A stretch of 64,000 nt of DNA. Origin: Candidatus Limnocylindrus sp. (GTDB lineage: Bacteria; Chloroflexota; Limnocylindria; Limnocylindrales; Limnocylindraceae). The stretch lies in the NCBI GenBank assembly GCA_040397255.1, contig JBBAWJ010000002.1, forward strand, positions 35,854 to 99,853. The letters are read 5' to 3'. The notes beneath the pieces were generated by a model. It was not told the origin of the DNA. It was given only the letters and a program-made list of their open reading frames with translations, and did no database searches. How positions within the stretch are numbered: position 1 is the first letter of the stretch; each line of letters opens with the position of its first letter. Positions 56,471 through 64,000 of this stretch are shown here, piece after piece. The translations under genes and the position numbers were made by a program.

Positions 56471-56842
56471 ATGGCCGCGCAGCAGAAAGGGGAATTCATG
56501 GAGGGTGCCTATCCCGTCCTCGTATTCATCCACCTCCTCGGCATGGCCGCAGTCGTGGGTGGCTACTTCGCCGGCCTAACGAGCTCCCCGAAGCGCCTTT
56601 CGGCGGGGATGACCCACGGCACCCTGCTCCAGTTCCTGACTGGCGTACTGCTCATTGGGATCGCCGAAATGGGCGCCGACCCAGTGAACTATGCCACGTT
56701 CGGCATTAAGATTGCCGTAGCGGCAGTGATCTTGCTGCTTGCGTGGCCGCGTCGTAAGGACGTATCCATTGCAGCGAACACCTATCACGCGATCGGCGTG
56801 CTGGCGCTACTCAGCGTGGCCGTTTCCGTATTCGTAAAGTAG
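56471..56842 (+). CDS. Small 4-TM membrane protein, unknown function, immediately upstream of sodN
   Basis: Hydrophobic segments: YPVLVFIHLLGMAAVVGGYF; LLQFLTGVLLIGIA; FGIKIAVAAVILLLAW; AIGVLALLSVAVSVFV. An alternative start at ATG 56498 has an AAAGGGGA SD sequence. Confidence 0.55.
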   Translation: MAAQQKGEFMEGAYPVLVFIHLLGMAAVVGGYFAGLTSSPKRLSAGMTHGTLLQFLTGVLLIGIAEMGADPVNYATFGIKIAVAAVILLLAWPRRKDVSIAANTYHAIGVLALLSVAVSVFVK

Positions 56843-56855
56843 AGAGGAGAAAAAC

Positions 56856-57266
56856 ATGCGTAACCTATTCGCCGAGTTCACACCAGTCACCGTCCACGCG
56901 CACTGCGATGTGCCGTGTGGCATCTACGACCCGTCAAGTGCGGTGGTTGCCGCCAAGACGGTCGCCCGCATGGTTGAGCTGATCGGCCAGCTCGAGGTCA
57001 CCGACAACGCCACGCGCAATAAGCTCGTGCGCTGCATCACCGCTAAAGAGGAGCACGCCGAGAAGGTGAAGCACGAGGTCCAGGTCATCTGGTCCGACTA
57101 CTTCAAGCCAGAGCACTTGGCGAAGTTCCCCGACCTGCACGACCAGGTCTGGAAGCTGCTGAAGTTGGCATCCAAGAACAAGCAGAACGTTGATGTAGCT
57201 GCAGCGGCGGAGCTTGTCGCTGCAACCGAGGCGTTCGCTGCTACGTTCGCCGCGTCAAAGGTGTAA
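56856..57266 (+). CDS. sodN: Nickel-containing superoxide dismutase precursor
   Basis: A 14-aa propeptide is followed by HCDVPCGIYDP, the Ni-hook (His1-Cys2...Cys6). An AGAGGAG SD sequence lies upstream. Confidence 0.95.
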   Translation: MRNLFAEFTPVTVHAHCDVPCGIYDPSSAVVAAKTVARMVELIGQLEVTDNATRNKLVRCITAKEEHAEKVKHEVQVIWSDYFKPEHLAKFPDLHDQVWKLLKLASKNKQNVDVAAAAELVAATEAFAATFAASKV

Positions 57267-57275
57267 GGCACCACT

Positions 57276-57635
57276 GTGCTTGATCGACCTGGACGGATCT
57301 GGGTCGTCGATGTTGCTGAGCGCTCAATGGAGCCGGCTCTCCTCTCGGGGGACCGGCTCCTTGTGCTTCCAGCGGGGCCTAAGGGCCTCCCTGGACTCCG
57401 AGGCGCGCCGCCGATCGGTAGCGTGGTCATCGTTGCGCGCGTGGGTCGTTTCGAGGTGAAGCGTGTCGCTCCCCCACCACCAGGCGTCGCAGGGCTCTGG
57501 CTCCTTGGCGATAACGCCGCGCTCTCGCGCGACTCGCGTCACGACGGCGCACAGCCGCTCAGCGCACTCCGCGGCAGGGTGATCTATCGCATTGGGCCGC
57601 GCGGCCGCAGGGGGCGAATCCCCGCTGCGAGCTAA
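57276..57635 (+). CDS. sodX: S26-family peptidase SodX (Ni-SOD maturation protease)
   Basis: ERSMEPALLSGDRLLV is the signal-peptidase SM(E/Q)P catalytic Ser motif, and GDNAALSRDSR is present. It starts 9 nt after sodN. Confidence 0.8.
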   Translation: MLDRPGRIWVVDVAERSMEPALLSGDRLLVLPAGPKGLPGLRGAPPIGSVVIVARVGRFEVKRVAPPPPGVAGLWLLGDNAALSRDSRHDGAQPLSALRGRVIYRIGPRGRRGRIPAAS

Positions 57636-57644
57636 GCGAGCGCG

Positions 57645-58586
57645 CTAGAGCTGCGCGTGCAGCTCCGCAAGTAGATCGAGTGATGCGGTCTCCGTGGGAT
57701 CCATGTGCTGCACCATGAGACGGTTCGCCCCCGCATCGCGGAATGCACGCATCTGCAGCAGCGCCTGATCTGGGGTGCCAACCAGCCATCGCGCACGACG
57801 TGGTGCGAGGTACTCCTCGGGGTCGCCCGCAGCACCAATGCGCGCCATGAAGCCGCGGATCTTCTCGAGATACTCCGCCTCCGTTCGGCCGATCATCGCT
57901 CCCGTCATCGCAGAACGCGCGAGACTCTCTGGCGCTCGGCCCACTTCGACACATGTGGCATCAAGTTGCGCGAACTTCTCGCGGGCGGTCTCGGGGGTGG
58001 ATGAGGTGAGGTTGAATTCATCCGAGTACTTCGTCGCGATGCGCATGCCGCGCGGCGAGCCTTCTCCGCCGGTGATGATCCACGGCACTGGTGTTGGCTT
58101 CGGACGGAAGAGGGCGTCGCTCACGCTGTAGTGCTTGCCGCTAAACGACCAGCCGTCGGGCCGGGCCCAGAGGCCGCGCACGATCTCAAGCTGCTCTTCG
58201 AGCATCTCAGCACGTGTGGGCATCTCAGGGAACGGGAAGCCGTAGCGACGGTGTTCTGACTCATGCCAGCCGGTGCCGAGGCCGGCATGGATCTGTCGCC
58301 CCGCCATCTCTTGTACGGTGGCAACGACCTTGGCGAACTCGCCTGGCGCCCGGAAGGTGACGGGGCTGACCAGCGTGCCGAGGGTGATTGATTTCGTTTC
58401 GCGCGCCACGCCCGCCAACACGCTCCAGGCGTCGGTGGTCGCCTGGTCGTCGGAGCCTGGGAATGATTGGTAGTGATCGGTGCGGAAGAAGCCGCTGATG
58501 CCGACCACCTCCGCGCGCTGGGCGGCAGCGAGCTGCTGCGCGTACGACAGGTTCATCTGCCCCTCAATGACCACGGCAATCTGCAT
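57645..58586 (-). CDS. Luciferase-like monooxygenase (LLM) class oxidoreductase, probably F420-dependent
   Basis: AQRAEVVGISGFFRTDHY...TLGTLVSPVTFR...GLGTGWHESEH is typical of the LLM family. Confidence 0.75.
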   Translation of the reverse strand: MQIAVVIEGQMNLSYAQQLAAAQRAEVVGISGFFRTDHYQSFPGSDDQATTDAWSVLAGVARETKSITLGTLVSPVTFRAPGEFAKVVATVQEMAGRQIHAGLGTGWHESEHRRYGFPFPEMPTRAEMLEEQLEIVRGLWARPDGWSFSGKHYSVSDALFRPKPTPVPWIITGGEGSPRGMRIATKYSDEFNLTSSTPETAREKFAQLDATCVEVGRAPESLARSAMTGAMIGRTEAEYLEKIRGFMARIGAAGDPEEYLAPRRARWLVGTPDQALLQMRAFRDAGANRLMVQHMDPTETASLDLLAELHAQL

Positions 58587-58673
58587 AGGGGAACCCTAGC
58601 GCTCAGCAGGTAAATGCGGTGCGGGGTAGGATAGTTGCAACGCGAAATATCGTCGGAAACCTGACGGCGCGTC

Positions 58674-60332
58674 ATGGAGGATTACTCAATGGCCACAGCA
58701 AAGTCTCGTCGCCCTGTCGCGGCGAAGATAAGCACAGCCGCGAAACCGGCACCTGCACCAGCGGGAGCAGATCTTTCCAAGCGCGCCAAGCAAGGGATTG
58801 TCGTCGCGATCATGCTCGCCCTCTTCTTGGGCGCGCTCGACCAGACGATCGTCGGCACCGCCCTGCCTAGGATCATCACCGACTTGAGCGGTGCAAACCT
58901 CTACACCTGGGTCGTCACGATCTACCTACTTGCCAGCACCGTTACGGTGCCGATCTACGGCAAGCTCTCCGACATGTACGGCCGCAAGCCGCTCCTCCTT
59001 ATTGGAGTTGGCCTCTTCCTTATCGGCTCAGCGCTCGCCGGCCTCTCGCAGAACATTGAGCAGCTGATCATCTTCCGCGGCATCCAGGGACTCGGCGCCG
59101 GTGCGCTCTTCCCGATTGCCCTTGCCACAATTGGTGACCTCTACTCGCCAAAGGAGCGCGGTCGCTACCAGGGGCTCTTCGGCGCAGTCTTTGGAATTGC
59201 AAGCCTCGTTGGGCCAGCGCTCGGTGGATGGCTCACCGACACCTTCAGCTGGCACCTGATCTTCTACGTCAATCTGCCGATCGGTCTGATTAGCATTGTG
59301 ATCATTTTAATTGAGCTGCCAACGATCAAGGGACGCGCGAACCAGAAGATTGACTTCTTGGGCGCTCTCGTCTTTGCCGCCGGCATTATCCCGGTGCTTA
59401 TTGGCCTCACTAATGTACAGAGCAACGCGTTCGCAACCCCAGAGGTTGCGGGCCTGATCTCGCTCGGACTCGCACTCCTTGGCCTCTTCCTCTTCATTGA
59501 GGCAAAGGTCGATGAGCCGATCATTCCGCTCGAGCTCTTCCGTAACCGCACATTTGCGGCCGCCGCTGCGGCCTCGTTCTTCGCCTCAATCGGATTCTTT
59601 ACCTCGATCATCTTCTTGCCGCGCTACTTTCAGACAGTGCTCGGCGAGACGGCGACGAGCTCTGGCTACGCCACACTTCCGCTTCTTCTGGGCGTGATCA
59701 TCAGCTCGGTCGCCGCCGGGCTAATCGTTGCACGAAGTGGACGCTATAAGACGCTAATCCTCGGTGCCATCGTGGTAGTTGCAGCAGCCTCACTGCTGCT
59801 GACGAACATCAAGGCGGATACCGATCCATGGGCCCTGCGTCTCTGGATGTTCTTCGCCGGTCTTGGCATTGGGCCAACCCTGTCGGTCTTCACGATCGTG
59901 GTGCAGAACGCCGTGCCGTTCAAGTTCCTCGGCGCAGCAACCTCGAACCTCACCTTCTTCCGCCAGGTTGGCGGGTCGGTCGGCTTGGCGGTCGTTGGCT
60001 CCTACTTCGGTGGGCAGCTCGTGACCAACATTCCAACAGAGTTGGCGAAGGCGGCTCCAGCGGGCACGTTCACGCCATTCTTCACGGCAATCGGTGGCAA
60101 CCTCAATCAGCTCACCAATGTTGGTGGGAAGTTCGACCAGGCTCTGATCGGTCTGATCCCTGCGCAGTACCTTGAGGCCTTCTTCAACGCGATCAAGGTG
60201 GGTATTGCCGATGCGATCGGCGCAATCTTCTGGCTCTCCGTGGTGGCCAGCCTCGTGGCGTTCGTCGCCGCAACGCTGATCGAGGAGATCCCGCTCCGTG
60301 GCGGAGCGAAGGGCGCACCAGCCGAACTGTAA
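58674..60332 (+). CDS. MFS transporter, DHA2 (EmrB/QacA, 14-TMS) family
   Basis: LDQTIVGTALPRI and GKLSDMYGRKPLLLIG (motif A) are present, along with about 14 hydrophobic segments. The start may be ATG 58689, which is preceded by GGAGG. Confidence 0.85.
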   Translation: MEDYSMATAKSRRPVAAKISTAAKPAPAPAGADLSKRAKQGIVVAIMLALFLGALDQTIVGTALPRIITDLSGANLYTWVVTIYLLASTVTVPIYGKLSDMYGRKPLLLIGVGLFLIGSALAGLSQNIEQLIIFRGIQGLGAGALFPIALATIGDLYSPKERGRYQGLFGAVFGIASLVGPALGGWLTDTFSWHLIFYVNLPIGLISIVIILIELPTIKGRANQKIDFLGALVFAAGIIPVLIGLTNVQSNAFATPEVAGLISLGLALLGLFLFIEAKVDEPIIPLELFRNRTFAAAAAASFFASIGFFTSIIFLPRYFQTVLGETATSSGYATLPLLLGVIISSVAAGLIVARSGRYKTLILGAIVVVAAASLLLTNIKADTDPWALRLWMFFAGLGIGPTLSVFTIVVQNAVPFKFLGAATSNLTFFRQVGGSVGLAVVGSYFGGQLVTNIPTELAKAAPAGTFTPFFTAIGGNLNQLTNVGGKFDQALIGLIPAQYLEAFFNAIKVGIADAIGAIFWLSVVASLVAFVAATLIEEIPLRGGAKGAPAEL

Positions 60333-60408
60333 GTGGCTCCGGGCGTGCCCCTCTGGGGGTGCGCCCGGATCGCACCCGTCGGCGCAGCTCCACCCCTATG
60401 ATTGGCGC

Positions 60409-60696
60409 ATGAGCGCCTGGTTTACCGTTGCGGTCTCCCCGAAGGTCGGCAGCCTAGCCGCCGTTACCTCTGCGCTCGCCGCGGCCGGCATCCCTGTCGA
60501 CGGGATCATGGGCGCCCCAGAATCAGACGGCTCGCTCCACCTCGGCGTCCCCGACGCGCAGCTACCCGCTGCGATCGCGGCGCTCACCGCGCTCGGCCTT
60601 CACCCCATCACTGAAGAGTCAGACCCCACCGGCGAGGCGGGTGCCCCACTCGACGCGGGGATCATCGGCGCAATCTTGCGCGGACCTCGCTCCTAG
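60409..60696 (+). CDS. Small ACT-like domain protein (hypothetical)
   Basis: 95 aa. The beta-alpha-beta-beta-alpha-beta-like pattern reads FTVAVSPKVGSLAAVTSALAAAGIPVDGIMG...SLHLGVPD...AIAALTALG. No clear SD sequence. Confidence 0.35.
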   Translation: MSAWFTVAVSPKVGSLAAVTSALAAAGIPVDGIMGAPESDGSLHLGVPDAQLPAAIAALTALGLHPITEESDPTGEAGAPLDAGIIGAILRGPRS

Positions 60697-60710
60697 CGCC
60701 TGGGGCACCC

Positions 60711-61535
60711 ATGACCGCACCCACCCTGCGCATCGCCGCCTGGAACGTCAACGGCCTTCGCGCCCGCGCTGAGCGCGTCGCCGCCTGGCTCGATTCAGCA
60801 CAGCCAGACGTCGTGCTGCTGCAAGAGACGAAGTGCGACCCCTCGCAGATTCCTGAGGGACTCTTCTCGACGCGTTCCTACGAAGTTGCCGCCCTCGGCG
60901 CAGGTGGGCGCAATGGGGTGCTGATCGCATCGCGACACGGCCTCAGCGAGGTGCAGGAGAGCATCGCCGACTACGCGCCGCAAGGGAGCGATGCCACGCT
61001 CCCCGACCTGCTCAGTGAGCCGCGGCTCATTAGCGCCGTTTGTGGCGGTCTGCGCGTTGCATCGGTCTACGCGCCGAATGGACGCGAGGTGGACGCGCCA
61101 CACTTCCACGCCAAGCTGCACTGGTACGGCGCGCTGCGCGCCTGGTCAGCAGCGCGCATCGCCGAGCCTGCCCCGCTACTTCTAGGCGGCGACTTCAATG
61201 TGGCTCCGACCGATGCCGACGTGTGGGACTCAGCCGCACTGGTTGGCGCGACGCATGTCACCCCACGGGAGCGCGACGCCTGGAACGCCCTCGTTGACCT
61301 GGGGCTGATCGATGCCGCGCAAGCCGTAGCGCCTGATGGGGAGCGTGCACCATTTACCTGGTGGGACTACCGCGGCGGCGCCTTCCACCGCGGCTGGGGG
61401 ATGCGCATCGATCACCTGCTCGTTGAGCCACGCGCTGGTGCAATCGTGAGCAGCAGTGTGGACCGTGACGGACGCAAGGGTGAGTCGCCGTCGGATCACG
61501 CCGCGCTGATGATTGACGTGGCGCGACCGGCGTGA
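60711..61535 (+). CDS. xthA: Exodeoxyribonuclease III (AP endonuclease)
   Basis: LRIAAWNVNGLRAR...DVVLLQETK...GGDFNVAP...WWDYR...GMRIDHLL...PSDHAAL matches the family. Confidence 0.9.
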   Translation: MTAPTLRIAAWNVNGLRARAERVAAWLDSAQPDVVLLQETKCDPSQIPEGLFSTRSYEVAALGAGGRNGVLIASRHGLSEVQESIADYAPQGSDATLPDLLSEPRLISAVCGGLRVASVYAPNGREVDAPHFHAKLHWYGALRAWSAARIAEPAPLLLGGDFNVAPTDADVWDSAALVGATHVTPRERDAWNALVDLGLIDAAQAVAPDGERAPFTWWDYRGGAFHRGWGMRIDHLLVEPRAGAIVSSSVDRDGRKGESPSDHAALMIDVARPA

Positions 61536-62593
61536 TCACCGAACGCCTGCGCGCACGCACTCCGCACTCTGCCGCCGAGTCGATGCCGCGTGCCGCGGCA
61601 ATCATTCGGGCTGGAGGTCTCGTCGCCTTCCCCACCGAGACGGTCTACGGCCTCGGAGCGAGCGCCTTTGACGCGCCAGCGGTCGCACGCATCTTTGAGG
61701 CGAAGGGTCGCCCAACCTTTGACCCGCTGATCGTGCACATCGCCGATCGCGCCGACCTGGCCCACCTCTTCACCGAAGGTGCGCTCGCCGACCCACGCAT
61801 TGCGATCCTTGCGGATGCCTTCTGGCCAGGAGCACTCACGATCGTTGCCGCGGCGCGACCCGAGGTGCCTGGCCTGGTGCGCGCTGGGCTCGAGACCGTT
61901 GGTGTGCGCCTGCCGCGACACGAGACGGCGCTGGCACTGATTCGCGCGGCGGGAACGCCGATCGCTGCGCCAAGCGCAAATCGCTTCGGGCGGCTCTCCC
62001 CCACCACCGCCGACCATGTGCTTGAACAGCTTGATGGACGCGTTGACGCCGTGCTACTCGGCGAAGCGACGGAGATTGGCGTTGAGTCCAGCGTCGTCGC
62101 GCTTGATGCTGATGGACCAGCGCGCCTCTTGCGACACGGCGGCATCCCCCTTGAAGATCTTGCGCGCGCCCTCGCCGATTGCGGTGGCATCGTCGCCGCT
62201 GCGCCAACGGCACGACCTGGCGTGCCACTGCAGGCGCCCGGTATGACTGAGTCGCACTACGCGCCGATGGTGCCGCTTCTCTTGGTAACGACGGCGTTCC
62301 CAGCTGGCGTTACGGCGTGCGCGCTCCTCGCTCCAGATCGCGCAGCTCTCACGCACCTGGAGGCGCTCGCCGTGGCTGCAGGGGCGAACGTTCATGCGAG
62401 CGCTGCGCTCTCTGAGACGCTGGATCCAGTCGCCGCCGCCGCCCACCTCTTCGAACGCCTGCATGAACTTGAGGCCGCACTGATTCGCCGTGCGGCACCC
62501 GCCGCGAGAATCATCGCCGCCCCCTATCCTGAGGGCGGCCTCGGTTCGGCAATTGCGGACCGCCTTCGTCGCGCGGCAGCCACGCCGCAGTAA
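61532..62593 (+). CDS. tsaC: L-threonylcarbamoyladenylate synthase (TsaC/Sua5 type, with C-terminal Sua5 domain)
   Basis: GGLVAFPTETVYGLGA...KGRPTFDPLIVH...PGALT...VRLPRH...APSANRFGRLSPT matches the family. Confidence 0.85.
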   Translation: MITERLRARTPHSAAESMPRAAAIIRAGGLVAFPTETVYGLGASAFDAPAVARIFEAKGRPTFDPLIVHIADRADLAHLFTEGALADPRIAILADAFWPGALTIVAAARPEVPGLVRAGLETVGVRLPRHETALALIRAAGTPIAAPSANRFGRLSPTTADHVLEQLDGRVDAVLLGEATEIGVESSVVALDADGPARLLRHGGIPLEDLARALADCGGIVAAAPTARPGVPLQAPGMTESHYAPMVPLLLVTTAFPAGVTACALLAPDRAALTHLEALAVAAGANVHASAALSETLDPVAAAAHLFERLHELEAALIRRAAPAARIIAAPYPEGGLGSAIADRLRRAAATPQ

Positions 62594-62603
62594 GGGGAAC
62601 CGC

Positions 62604-63290
62604 ATGAGCACACCGCGCAGCAACTGGCTCTCGCAAGCGATCACCGCCGATGCGCTGAAGCGCTTCCCGCAATCCATCGCCGGTCAGGCGGTCTTCGCCA
62701 CGGGCCTCGTCATGATGCTCGCCGCCGGGGTCGGCCTTCCATCGTGGGAGATCCTGCACCAAGGCCTCAGCAAGCAGCTCGGCATTCAGATCGGCACCGC
62801 TGCGCAGTTGAGCGGCATCTTCGTGCTGCTGCTCTGGATTCCACTCCGCCAGCGCCCCGGCCTGGGGACCCTGAGCAACATCGTGATCATCGGCTGGGTG
62901 ATGAACGTGGAGATTGCCCTCCTCGCCTACGCCGGCGTCCCACCAGCAGCAGAGATCGCCACACAGCCACTGCTCGCTGGTGCGCTGGCGATCGCCGGCA
63001 CCGCCATCGTTGGCATCGGCTCGGGTATTTACATCGGCAGCGGCAACGGCCCAGGGCCGCGCGACGGCCTGATGACTGGGCTGCACCACCGCACCGGCCA
63101 GCCAATCTGGAAGATGCGCACCGCCATTGAGGTTGTGGTCGGCATCTTGGGGATCGTGCTCGGTGGCACCTTCGGCTTCGGCACGATCTGGTTCGCCTTC
63201 ACCATCGGCCCACAGGTGCAGTTCTGGCTCGGGAAGCTTGATCGAGGCGGTCGCGCCGAACGACAGGCAGCGGCGGCTGATCGCCGCTAA
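62604..63290 (+). CDS. Integral membrane protein (YczE/YitT-like)
   Basis: About 6 TM segments and the loop GSGNGPGPRDGLMTGL, which is typical of that family. The start is the internal ATG 62604, preceded by AAGGGG. Confidence 0.5.
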   Translation: MSTPRSNWLSQAITADALKRFPQSIAGQAVFATGLVMMLAAGVGLPSWEILHQGLSKQLGIQIGTAAQLSGIFVLLLWIPLRQRPGLGTLSNIVIIGWVMNVEIALLAYAGVPPAAEIATQPLLAGALAIAGTAIVGIGSGIYIGSGNGPGPRDGLMTGLHHRTGQPIWKMRTAIEVVVGILGIVLGGTFGFGTIWFAFTIGPQVQFWLGKLDRGGRAERQAAAADRR

Positions 63291-63299
63291 CTCTCGCCG

Positions 63300-64000
63300 T
63301 TAGCGCGGCAGGATTGAGTCGATCGCGATCGCGGCGAAGATCAGCGTGAGGTAGCTGATCGAGAAGCGATAGAGGCGCGTTGCGCCACGCAGTAGGCCAT
63401 CGCCGAGCACATCACTACGCAGGCGCCAAGCGCGCAGCAAGAAGATCCCGCCGCCGATGACGGCAACCGCTAGGTAGACGAGGCCCATTCCGGCCACCGC
63501 CCAGAGCATCAGGCTCATCGCCACGAGAAGGATCGTATAAAGCCAGATCTGCCGCGCTGTCTCCGCTGGGCCAGCGGTCACGGGGAGCATTGGCACCCCC
63601 GCGGCGGCGTAGTCGGAACCAATGCGCAGTGCGAGCGCCCAGAAGTGCGGCGGCGTCCAATAGAAGACCAGTGCAAAGAGGAGGACCGGCACCAGCGAGA
63701 TGTCGCCCGTCACCGCAGCCCAACCGATCACTGGCGGGAGAGCGCCCGCTGCGCCACCGATCACGATGTTCTGTGGGGTTGAGCGCTTCAGGATCAACGT
63801 ATAGATCAGCACGTAGAAGGCGATGGCGAGGAGCGAAATAAACGCCGCCATGATCGTTGTCGTGAGCGCCAGGAAGATGAAGCTCGCGACGCCAAGGATG
63901 CTTGCAAAGAGGAGCGCCGCACCAACGCTGATTCGGCCGGTGACGAGCGGGCGTGCAGCGGTACGCGCCATCTGCGCATCAATGTCGGCATCAATGATGC
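63300..64000 (-). CDS. ctaB: Protoheme IX farnesyltransferase (heme O synthase), C-terminal ~230 aa; the 5' end lies outside the window
   Basis: The frame is open to the window edge (…IIDADIDAQMARTAARPLVTGRIS…). GGAAGALPPVIGWAAVTG and YWTPPHFWALAL are present. Confidence 0.85.
   Translation of the reverse strand, partial: IIDADIDAQMARTAARPLVTGRISVGAALLFASILGVASFIFLALTTTIMAAFISLLAIAFYVLIYTLILKRSTPQNIVIGGAAGALPPVIGWAAVTGDISLVPVLLFALVFYWTPPHFWALALRIGSDYAAAGVPMLPVTAGPAETARQIWLYTILLVAMSLMLWAVAGMGLVYLAVAVIGGGIFLLRAWRLRSDVLGDGLLRGATRLYRFSISYLTLIFAAIAIDSILPR

Overview
A 64 kb, gene-dense, high-GC bacterial chromosome segment. The gene content (Ni-SOD sodN/sodX, an LLM/F420-type oxidoreductase, sufB-sufD-Rieske) suggests Actinomycetota, but that placement is only an impression. 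I call about 62 protein genes and two tRNAs (Gln-CUG, Gly-UCC). I saw no rRNA, CRISPR array, transposase, integrase or prophage genes.

All calls rest on reading the supplied ORF translations for family motifs and checking start/stop codons and Shine-Dalgarno sequences by eye. No database or HMM search was run.

Main themes:
1. Phosphate/polyphosphate locus: ppk1, CYTH, ppx, phoU, sixA, GDPD and a PhoR/SenX3-like kinase.
2. A roughly 10 kb co-directional array in which a two-component system is interleaved with proS and gltX.
3. Metal homeostasis: DtxR-family repressor, sufBD-Rieske followed by an MbfA-like ferritin-VIT exporter, a Fur-family regulator divergent from a NikM(PDGLE)-Q-O ECF importer, and sodN/sodX.
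4. Two omega-amino-acid catabolic clusters, together holding three class-III aminotransferases, two aldehyde dehydrogenases and a two-subunit CoA-transferase.
5. An alpha-glucan module (glgP-like plus GH57).

The most interesting region is a lower-GC block of about 4.4 kb at 40.3-44.7 kb, ending next to tRNA-Gly. It encodes a DUF4956 membrane protein, a VTC-type (eukaryotic Vtc4-like) polyphosphate-polymerase tunnel domain, and two secreted CotH-family atypical kinases. I propose, as inference, that this is an uncharacterised membrane polyphosphate synthesis/export plus extracytoplasmic kinase system.

Many long antisense ORFs in the track are high-GC shadow ORFs and were rejected.
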